Positions 30,289 to 37,623 of a DNA stretch of 64,000 bases are shown piece after piece. Made by a program: the position numbers and the translations under genes. The stretch spans positions 958,361-1,022,360 of the forward strand of contig JBFWOS010000001.1 in NCBI GenBank assembly GCA_050250375.1, given 5' to 3'. The stretch's first letter is position 1; each line of letters opens with the position of its first letter. This stretch comes from Candidatus Omnitrophota bacterium (GTDB lineage Bacteria; Omnitrophota; Gorgyraeia; Zapsychrales; Zapsychraceae). The notes beneath the pieces are model-generated. The model was not told the DNA's origin. It was given only the letters and a program-made list of their open reading frames with translations, and made no database searches.

Positions 30289-32355
30289 TCAGAAATGGAC
30301 GGAAAAACCGCCTTCAAAATACCGTTCGGGCAAGGGGAAAGAAATGTCTGACCAGTATTTGCTGTTGGTGAGATTGTGGATGTTGAGGAACAGTTCCAGA
30401 TCAAGATCCTGTTTGACCGCCTCAAACCGTTTGGACAGTTTCAGGTCAAAGATCGGTTTACGGTCGTTGGCTTTCAAAGACGCTCCGGAACTCCAGCGGT
30501 TGTATGTCCCGTACAGGTTCGCCCCCCAGCCATGCGCGTCGCTATAACGCGCGCCGAAGGTGTAACGCTGGCGCGCCACGCCCTGGTCGCGGACCGTTGC
30601 TTTGGTGTCGCGGTTTTCCGCGTCGTTAAAGGCGCCGCTACCGTAAAAACTCAGGCGGTCATTGAGCGCGTAATCAAGCAGGAGTTCAACCCCCTGCCGG
30701 CGGAATTTTCGGATGTTGCGCTGGACAAACAGAAAATCATCCGTGTCAAACTCAAGCGCGATGCCGTCCTCGACATTCGACCGGTACAGGTTCAGTTCCA
30801 GGCCCAGCGCGTCAAGAAGCTTGGTTTCAAAGCCCAGCTCATACACAATAGCGCGTTCGGCCTTGAGGTCCGGGTTCGGCCCCACAAAAAAAGCCGGAGA
30901 ATAATTGTAGATCCACAGCAACGGCGGGGCGTTAAAGGCGCGCGCCACCTTCCCGCGCACCAGCGTTTCCCGTTCGTCGTCAAAGGCGTACACGGCGCCG
31001 AGTGAAGGGTTGGACTGCGACCCAAACCGGTCATTGTGATCATAACGGAATCCGGGAATCAAATCCAGCCGGTCAACGCTCAGCGTGTAATGGGCATAAT
31101 ACCCCTGCATCTTGATTTCTTTACCGCTGTCCAGATACCGGTTGGATTTCAGCCGGTGCCAGTCGGCATCGACGCCCGCTACCAGAACGCTGTTGTCCGT
31201 CACATCAAAGGCTCCGTTGAGGCTTACCCCCTTGTAAAAATTACTGCTGACGGTGGAAAAGACCTGGTCGCCTGCCGGAATTCCAAAAAAATCTGAAATA
31301 ATATCCTGGTCATTAAACTTGACGTCCAGCCCCAGGCGGAAATCCTCCTGTTCGGTTTCCACCCCGAGTTTTCCGTAACGGGTGAAATACGGCTGTTCGA
31401 CGACCGAAGAACTGGTGGAAAGCGCGTAACGGGTGTGGGCCTCGTTATACCCGAAAGACCCGACGATCCTGGAGGTGTCCCCCAAGGGGTGAGAAAATTT
31501 GGTGAAATATTTTTTGTCGCGCGCCTCGCTGTAGGCCTGCGCCCCGTCCGTCTCATAAAAACTGCCGGTAAAAAGATACCCTAATCCTCCGGCCTTGCCC
31601 GCGAAATCAAGGCTGTTTTCCGTTGTGCTGAATTCGGCAAAAGAACTGCGGAAACTTCCGCGCGGCCGGGCTGTGTCCCCGGTGTCACGCGTCACCACAT
31701 TGACGACCCCGCCCAGCGCGGAACCCCACGCGCTGGAAGACGCGCCCTTGATGATCTCGATGCGTTCAATATTATTGACCGGGAACTGCGCCGGATTGCC
31801 CTGGCCCGAAAGCTGGGTGTTGACCGGGATCCCGTCGATCATCAGCCGGACCTGTCGCGATGGAGCGCCGTTGATAGATAACGCCGATACTTGGCCGAAC
31901 TGCCCTCCCAGCTGGACATGAACCCCCGGGACGTACGACAGCACCTCACCCAGGTCGCGCGCCGGCATGCGCAGGATCTCCTCGCGGGTGACGACCGTCA
32001 TGTTGTCCGCCACCTGTTTGCGCGGGACCGGATTGCGCAGCGCCGTCACCACCACCGCCTCATACTGAAAAAATTCCGCCGAACGGTAGCTCCGCGGCTG
32101 CTCCGCCAAAACAACACCGTCGGGCAAATCAAAACCGGCCGGCAGCAAATCCTCTTCCGTCTCCTGGTAGACCGTGGTGCGGTACCGGTCGATCTGGTTA
32201 GACTGGTCTTCTTCGCTGGAAATGTGTTCGGTGGTGACCACGCGTTTTTGGGTAACAACGGGCCGGCCGCCGGGTGTGTCGTCGGCGTTCAGGAATGAAG
32301 GCGCGCACAGAAAAATCAGCACCGCCAGAAAAAACGATAAGAATTGGGGGGCCAT
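30289..32355 (-). CDS. TonB-dependent outer-membrane receptor
   Basis: Signal peptide, plug domain (NIERIEIIKGASSSAWGSALGGVVNVVT) and a beta-barrel ending in a C-terminal F. Confidence 0.8.
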   Translation of the reverse strand: MAPQFLSFFLAVLIFLCAPSFLNADDTPGGRPVVTQKRVVTTEHISSEEDQSNQIDRYRTTVYQETEEDLLPAGFDLPDGVVLAEQPRSYRSAEFFQYEAVVVTALRNPVPRKQVADNMTVVTREEILRMPARDLGEVLSYVPGVHVQLGGQFGQVSALSINGAPSRQVRLMIDGIPVNTQLSGQGNPAQFPVNNIERIEIIKGASSSAWGSALGGVVNVVTRDTGDTARPRGSFRSSFAEFSTTENSLDFAGKAGGLGYLFTGSFYETDGAQAYSEARDKKYFTKFSHPLGDTSRIVGSFGYNEAHTRYALSTSSSVVEQPYFTRYGKLGVETEQEDFRLGLDVKFNDQDIISDFFGIPAGDQVFSTVSSNFYKGVSLNGAFDVTDNSVLVAGVDADWHRLKSNRYLDSGKEIKMQGYYAHYTLSVDRLDLIPGFRYDHNDRFGSQSNPSLGAVYAFDDERETLVRGKVARAFNAPPLLWIYNYSPAFFVGPNPDLKAERAIVYELGFETKLLDALGLELNLYRSNVEDGIALEFDTDDFLFVQRNIRKFRRQGVELLLDYALNDRLSFYGSGAFNDAENRDTKATVRDQGVARQRYTFGARYSDAHGWGANLYGTYNRWSSGASLKANDRKPIFDLKLSKRFEAVKQDLDLELFLNIHNLTNSKYWSDISFPLPERYFEGGFSVHF

Positions 32356-32474
32356 AATTTAATTCGGTTAATGATTAAGCCCCTATAATACAACAAAATC
32401 CGCAAAACGCAAATAGTTGATGTTGGGGGGATAAAAATGAAGAAAAGGGATAATCCGAATAAATAATAACGTAG

Positions 32475-32564
32475 GGAACAGGCATGCCTGTTCCCTTCTA
32501 TTCTTCGATCCCTGTGCCCTGATCCCTGATCACTAATTAGACCGCTGTCCCGTATCTTAACCGC
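32475..32564. repeat. REP-like mosaic repeat, copy 1 (20-nt perfect palindrome GGAACAGGCATGCCTGTTCC plus conserved 3' module)
   Basis: About 90% identical to 34473..34555. The 3' module GATCACTA..CGCTGTCCCGTATCTTA recurs at 35581..35616. Confidence 0.7.
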
Positions 32565-32722
32565 TTCTCTCTTCCTTCTCCTTTCTTCCCTCTGTTTTCC
32601 AAGATCCCTCATTTGCCATCCCGCGGATCATCTTGTATAATTATTTCAAATATTAATTCCCCCCGCACGATTCCCCTGAAACACAAAGGGGAAAAACCAT
32701 CCGATCACGAAAACCAACCCGG

Positions 32723-33184
32723 TTAGAGCATTACGATTATTCAAAACCCGGATATTATTTTATTACCGTCTGCACCAGAAACCGTAAGGATTGGTTCGGG
32801 GAAATCAGGGACGGGAAAATGATGTTGAATCCGTGCGGGGAAATTGTTTCGCAATGTTGGCATGATTTGCCGGCCCATTATCCCAATTTGCAATTGGATC
32901 AATTCGTTATAATGCCGGACCATATTCACGGGATAATAAATATTAATAAAAATAACGTAGGGAACGGTTTAAAACCGTTCCCTACAAAATTGCACGGATT
33001 ATCCGAATTCGTCCGCGCGTTCAAAACGTTTTCATCTCGCGGAATCAATCATCATTTGAATGGCAACGGCCGTTTCCATTGGCAAAAATCCTTCCACGAC
33101 CACATCATCCGCGACAAACAATCGTTGGAAGAAATCCGGCAATATATCATCAGGAATATTGATGGGGGAAATAAAATAAGATAA
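32723..33184 (+). CDS. IS200/IS605-family HuH Y1 transposase, RAYT-like; no canonical start codon (possible pseudogene or non-ATG start)
   Basis: In-frame translation upstream of the track ORF (32819) reads LEHYDYSKPGYYFITVCTRNRKDWFGEI, the conserved RAYT N-terminus. HuH motif PDHIHGII. Catalytic Tyr in EEIRQYIIRN. The frame is open back to the stop at 32654 with no ATG/GTG/TTG. Confidence 0.55.
   Translation, partial: LEHYDYSKPGYYFITVCTRNRKDWFGEIRDGKMMLNPCGEIVSQCWHDLPAHYPNLQLDQFVIMPDHIHGIININKNNVGNGLKPFPTKLHGLSEFVRAFKTFSSRGINHHLNGNGRFHWQKSFHDHIIRDKQSLEEIRQYIIRNIDGGNKIR
32948..32976. repeat. 29-nt perfect palindrome GTAGGGAACGGTTTAAAACCGTTCCCTAC inside the RAYT coding sequence
   Basis: Shares the AATAACGTAGGGAAC half-site with the REP-like palindromes at 32466 and 34473. 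Confidence 0.6.
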
Positions 33185-33287
33185 AACACCAAAAGAAAAA
33201 TCGGGTTTCATACGGATTGATGAACAGCTTTAAATGAATCAATATTAATCCTGTACGGGCCGTTCGCGAACGGCCCCCTACTTATCT

Positions 33288-33578
33288 TCAAGCGTGTAAC
33301 GCGTCCATAACAATCTTGGGGTTGGCTGCGGCAACCTTTAACAAGGCTAAAGCCGGACCGTCGGGTTTTCTTCGGCCCTGCTCCCAGTTCTGCAATGTGT
33401 CGATGCTGACACCGATCATAAAAGCGAATTCGGACTGGGTGACGTGAAGTTCTTTCCGTATTTTTTTGACCATCACCGGATTAAATTTAAAAATCCGGCC
33501 GGGTTTTAATTTTCCTCTGCGTATTTTGCGGGCCTGGTCAATGCTCGTCAATAATTCTTTAAAATCATGATCTTTCAT
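33288..33578 (-). CDS. XRE-family HTH antitoxin (HigA-like), paralog 2
   Basis: ISIDTLQNWEQGRRKPDGPALALL; roughly 55% identical to 21139..21429. Confidence 0.7.
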   Translation of the reverse strand: MKDHDFKELLTSIDQARKIRRGKLKPGRIFKFNPVMVKKIRKELHVTQSEFAFMIGVSIDTLQNWEQGRRKPDGPALALLKVAAANPKIVMDALHA

Positions 33579-33892
33579 AATGCCCCTCCCTTCACGTATT
33601 CGCCCAAAATCTTCAACTGTTCTATGGTTAAATCTTCTTGTTCTGACTTTTTATACAGGAACAGTAAATAGATCTGCTCATCTTCCAAATACACATAATA
33701 AATGATCCGTATTCCGCCTCTTTTTCCGGCCCCGGGAACGGCCCAACGCAATTTTCTTAATCCCCCGCTTCCCGGAATGACCGGCCCTGCTTGCGGATTG
33801 ACCACCAGCGCCCATTGCAGGTCTTTATACTCATCGTCAGAAAAAACATTGTTTATTCTTTTTGAAAAAACCGGAGTTTCTATAATCTCCAC
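33575..33892 (-). CDS. RelE/ParE-superfamily toxin (HigB/Gp49-like), paralog 2
   Basis: GGLRKLRW...GIRIIYY; 4-nt overlap with the antitoxin gene. Confidence 0.65.
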   Translation of the reverse strand: MEIIETPVFSKRINNVFSDDEYKDLQWALVVNPQAGPVIPGSGGLRKLRWAVPGAGKRGGIRIIYYVYLEDEQIYLLFLYKKSEQEDLTIEQLKILGEYVKGGAL

Positions 33893-34162
33893 CTGATCCC
33901 TCCATTCAAATATACGTCATTGGCGTATAATTGTCAAGACAGGGACTCAATAAAAATACCCCGTCCGATTTCTTAAGAATCGAGCGGGGTAAGGGGATGT
34001 TCTTATTGTATTCAACGCGGAGGTTTTGTCAAGTTTCACGCGGAGTGATGAAATAGTTGGAGGGTATATGTGTAGATGGGTTAATGGAGAGAATAATCGC
34101 TGGGCTGATGCTGCCGGCTCCTTCCGGGATGATGATCTTGGTGTAAGGCAATACGGAATGGT

Positions 34163-34372
34163 TCAATAGATGTAAGCCGCGATTGAAGAATCAGGGGCTT
34201 TGATTAAGTGCGGATGCGGTTCGCCTTTTTTATGGGCCTGGGCCAGCGCGGTTTCCATCCTCGATGAAGACCCGAGGACCGTCTTCTTATCCGCGGACAG
34301 CGTGACCCATTTCCCGGCGTGGGGTTTGATCAATTCGGCGACTGATTCTTCTGGTTTGAATATTTTTGTCAT
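34163..34372 (-). CDS. small hypothetical protein
   Basis: 69-aa ORF. Confidence 0.3.
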   Translation of the reverse strand: MTKIFKPEESVAELIKPHAGKWVTLSADKKTVLGSSSRMETALAQAHKKGEPHPHLIKAPDSSIAAYIY

Positions 34373-34472
34373 GACATTAATCTCGTATGGTGTTGAGTGT
34401 TATTATCCCCCCAAATCAAGAAGAAATTCCTACGGACCCTGACACAACGGGCAAATTAAAATTGTATTGTAC

Positions 34473-34555
34473 GGAACAGGCATGCCTGTTCCCTTCTATT
34501 CTTCGATCCCTGATCCCTGATCACTAGCCAGGGCGCTGTCCCGTATCTTAACCGC
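34473..34555. repeat. REP-like mosaic repeat, copy 2
   Basis: GGAACAGGCATGCCTGTTCC palindrome plus the CCCTGATCACTAGCCAGGGCGCTGTCCCGTATCTTAACCGC module. Confidence 0.7.
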
Positions 34556-35385
34556 TATTTTTTCTTCAGCCTTTTCGCATGAGTTTCCCGGCTGATCACA
34601 TTTTTCCCCGTCTTTTTCTCAATGTCCCGGCGCGCTTTACCGGCCACCGAGCCGCCTTGCCGGGCGACTTTCCGGTTGCCTGCAAATGTTTCCGGTTTTT
34701 TTACCTGGGAAATTTCGGTCGTGGTCGCTTCAGCCAGCATATTGAGGACCAGTTCCAGATTGCTCATATTATCCCGCAGATTTTCTTTCTTCAGGCCTTT
34801 GTATTTTTTGTAATCTTTGGTTTTCATCCCGGTCCAGGCAAACGCGATGTCATCGGTTAAAACCGCAAACTCATCGGGCCCTTTAACGCCCCGCGCGCGC
34901 CATTCATCCGTCAGCAGCTTCCTGATTTCGATGCTTTTAAGGCGCTGGTTGATCCAGTTTTCCGAATACCCTTTTTTCAGATAATACTGCATGGCCCTCT
35001 GGATGGCCAGTTCCGGATCTGCGGCCTCTTCAACCCGTTCATATCCCACCCGCGCCAGCCAGAGTTTGAACGGTTCGGCATTGGGAGAAGGAACGGACTG
35101 AATGACACGAAACATGGTTTCTGTGTCTGCGGCATCCGTTTTGTAATATTTTCCATCGGATGCCTGCATTTTCAGTTGGTTACATTTTGTAACCACCTCA
35201 CTGCCTTCCTTTTTAAGCCTATTTTTTAAAACTTTCCAGTAACTGCGTGGATTCGGGCTTTCCGTTAAAACTCCAATCACATCGACCACCGAGAAAAACC
35301 ATTTTTCATGAGGCTCGTCCCAATAACGGCGGATCTGTTTTCCCTGAAACATATCGGTTTTCATTAAGGCTGTCTCTTTTGACAT
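34555..35385 (-). CDS. DinD-like / Bro-N (KilA-N) domain protein
   Basis: N-terminal Bro-N pattern (QIRRYWDEPHEKWFFSVVDVIGVL). Central and C-terminal similarity to E. coli DinD (KYKGLKKENLRDNMSNLELVLNMLAE). Confidence 0.55.
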   Translation of the reverse strand: MSKETALMKTDMFQGKQIRRYWDEPHEKWFFSVVDVIGVLTESPNPRSYWKVLKNRLKKEGSEVVTKCNQLKMQASDGKYYKTDAADTETMFRVIQSVPSPNAEPFKLWLARVGYERVEEAADPELAIQRAMQYYLKKGYSENWINQRLKSIEIRKLLTDEWRARGVKGPDEFAVLTDDIAFAWTGMKTKDYKKYKGLKKENLRDNMSNLELVLNMLAEATTTEISQVKKPETFAGNRKVARQGGSVAGKARRDIEKKTGKNVISRETHAKRLKKK

Positions 35386-35549
35386 AATCTTTTCCCCTTT
35401 CGTTTTGAAGGGGAGATCAAGGTGTGGGGGGATTGATTTTTTGAAATGTTGTACGAACGGGATTTATTATATCAAAATCGAATGTCCTGTCAATTTTGCG
35501 ATCGGCGGTCTGTGATCTAACGGCATTAGCCCAACGGTCAATATACTTC

Positions 35550-35616
35550 CTTCTTCTCTCTTCCCTCTGTTTTCCAAGATCCCTGATCACTAATTAGGGC
35601 GCTGTCCCGTATCTTA
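35550..35616. repeat. REP-like mosaic repeat, partial copy 3
   Basis: TTCTCTCTTCCCTCTGTTTTCCAAGATCCCTGATCACTAATTAGGGCGCTGTCCCGTATCTTA combines modules found at 32566..32610 and 32521..32560. Confidence 0.6.
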
Positions 35617-35719
35617 TTTCCCTCTGTCCCGTTCTCCGTTCTCTGTTCTCTTCACTAGATAGGGCAGATCAGCGGGGTGGGGTCACAAAGTCTTTAACTT
35701 AATCCACACAATACTAATT

Positions 35720-35878
35720 TCATTTTGATTTCTTCATAAGATCTCGTATTTCTTCTAATAATTCAACTCCATAATTAATTTTAAAATACCAACATACTAT
35801 TTCTCTACACAATAAAAAAATAATAAACACTAAAATTATGGCAACAATGCAAATTACAATGTCGAAAGATGTTAACAT
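35720..35878 (-). CDS. small hydrophobic ORF (52 aa): MLTSFDIVICIVAIILVFIIFLLCREIVCWYFKINYGVELLEEIRDLMKKSK
   Basis: Not in the track. AAGGAGGGG 3 nt upstream of the ATG. Single TM helix. Confidence 0.3.
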   Translation of the reverse strand: MLTSFDIVICIVAIILVFIIFLLCREIVCWYFKINYGVELLEEIRDLMKKSK

Positions 35879-35895
35879 ATTCCCCTCCTTATAAT

Positions 35896-35959
35896 AATAA
35901 ATGGGGACGGAGGCGAATTAATGAACAAATGCTAAGAATAGAGTCCGTCCCAATTTATT
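35896..35959. repeat. gene-terminal hairpin repeat, copy 1 (about 16-bp imperfect stem AATAAATGGGGACGGA / TCCGTCCCAATTTATT)
   Basis: Lies 12 nt downstream of the 35971..36495 stop. A second copy at 36549..36615 follows the stop of the 36665..37588 gene. Confidence 0.55.
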
Positions 35960-35970
35960 CTAGTTCCTGC

Positions 35971-36495
35971 TTAGAAAGGAAGACCGGCGTTAATAACACC
36001 TGTTAGGTGCCCCTCGCCATCGCTACCATGTGTTTCATGATCAATAGAGGCAATCAATCCCACGACCGCATCACTATCCTGTGCCCATTCAATTCTTACA
36101 TAACCTGAATGATAATCCGACGTGTTGTATTCTATCACCCTAAACCGCGCTGTATCATTTGCGGCAAGAGTGAACGTTACAGAATCTCCGTCTGCCGATC
36201 TTGAATCATCATAATTTGTCAGGGTTGCACCTGTTGCACGCAAGGGGCCGTCCAAGGGATCATCATCTGTGTCTGTTAGAATACTTCCATCTTCATCATA
36301 GATTGTCAGCGTCACATTGATAGAAGAACTGGTAATATTTGTGACAAAAATAATAGGTGCGGATCTTTCCGTTCCGCTGGCCCAATGCCAATAAAGAGGC
36401 GTTCCTACCGCGCTACCGGAAGCCGACGCAGCAGATGCCATACTTGGTGACAGGGTTAATAATCCTACCAGCACTAACAAAACTAATTTCTTCAT
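35971..36495 (-). CDS. secreted protein, paralog family 2 (C-terminal ...GLPF)
   Basis: Signal peptide. Shares ITIYDEDGSILTDTDDD, FTLAAN and IEWAQDSDAVVGL motifs with 48562..49083. Confidence 0.6.
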   Translation of the reverse strand: MKKLVLLVLVGLLTLSPSMASAASASGSAVGTPLYWHWASGTERSAPIIFVTNITSSSINVTLTIYDEDGSILTDTDDDPLDGPLRATGATLTNYDDSRSADGDSVTFTLAANDTARFRVIEYNTSDYHSGYVRIEWAQDSDAVVGLIASIDHETHGSDGEGHLTGVINAGLPF

Positions 36496-36548
36496 CTTCT
36501 TCTCCTTGTATAATTTGTTATTAATTAATTTAATCCACTTATGCGCAC

Positions 36549-36615
36549 AATAAATAGGGACGGAGGCGAATTATTGAACAAACGCTAAAAACAGGGTTCG
36601 CCCCAAATTAAATTC
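36549..36615. repeat. gene-terminal hairpin repeat, copy 2
   Basis: AATAAATAGGGACGGAGGCGAATTATTGAACAAACGCTAA... is a direct repeat of the 35896 element. Confidence 0.5.
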
Positions 36616-36664
36616 ATGAATTTCCGCTAATTAATTGTTGTGTCCCGAGATTAATGTAGTTCTT

Positions 36665-37588
36665 TCAATTTTTACCTACAAAGATTTGAGCTGTGTCTAC
36701 AACACCCTTTTCATTAAAATAGAATTCCAATGTTCCGTATGAAATTTTATATTTTGCCCGCGGGGTTCCATCTAATGTTTCAGGATCATATTTGTCAGGC
36801 TTTCCGAATATCCTGATTATATCTTCGACTTTTTCACCTCGTTTTATCGGAAATACGTTCGGTTGGTAGGTTTTATAAGTGACCTCTCTGTTGGTTAGAG
36901 AATTAAAAAAAGTATAATCCTGCAGAAAAACAGAGATAATCGATACTTTTTGTGTCTCTTTATTTATTCCCAAAAAACTTAATCCTTTTGAATAATATGA
37001 TAAACCTGATAATTCAGACTCAGCATCAGGCTTACCATAATGTTTAATTACATCATGAACAAATAAATTTTTCATTCCTATACCACTTATAGTTCCCTTT
37101 CTTAAATCGATTGTCCCCTCTGATAACTCAGGCTCAGGTAAACTTTGTAAACTACCTGTTTTTGGAGCTTTTTCTATAAATGATGGATCGTCCAACGGCG
37201 TTAAAATAGTTTTCATGTTCTGTCCTAAAAGAGCTCGATCGTTTATCCAACCCATACCCTGCATGGGGGAAGTCCTCACATAATAATAGGTGTCACCATT
37301 CCATCGTTTAACTTTCTCAATTGTTATTTCTGTACCTACTGCTAACTCTATTTCTGTTATAAGAAGCTCTCTCAAAGATCCAAACGGGTTCTCATACATT
37401 GGTGTTTGCCGAGTCAGTTTAAATGTGTCTGTTGGCTGCAGATTCTCATCCGCTTGCACAAGCCGAGCCAATCCAAGAATAAGTACACAGTACATTATGA
37501 AAATGGATCTATTTCGCACAAAATCCTTCTTTTTAAAAGTGCGTTTCCCGGATTTAGAATTCCGGGTCCCCGCGTTGGAACAGGTCAA
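36665..37588 (-). CDS. hypothetical secreted protein
   Basis: 307-aa ORF. An internal Met followed by a hydrophobic signal-like segment (MYCVLILGLARLVQA) suggests a later true start. Confidence 0.45.
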   Translation of the reverse strand: MTCSNAGTRNSKSGKRTFKKKDFVRNRSIFIMYCVLILGLARLVQADENLQPTDTFKLTRQTPMYENPFGSLRELLITEIELAVGTEITIEKVKRWNGDTYYYVRTSPMQGMGWINDRALLGQNMKTILTPLDDPSFIEKAPKTGSLQSLPEPELSEGTIDLRKGTISGIGMKNLFVHDVIKHYGKPDAESELSGLSYYSKGLSFLGINKETQKVSIISVFLQDYTFFNSLTNREVTYKTYQPNVFPIKRGEKVEDIIRIFGKPDKYDPETLDGTPRAKYKISYGTLEFYFNEKGVVDTAQIFVGKN

Positions 37589-37623
37589 GCCTCTTCAATT
37601 TCCCTCTGTCACGTTCTCTTGAA

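Noticed and set aside
35896-36615. Hairpin repeats as integron attC sites flanking a gene cassette
   Set aside because: No R''/R' core sites (RYYYAAC / GTTRRRY) at the ends, no intI nearby, and an extrahelical-base pattern not evident.
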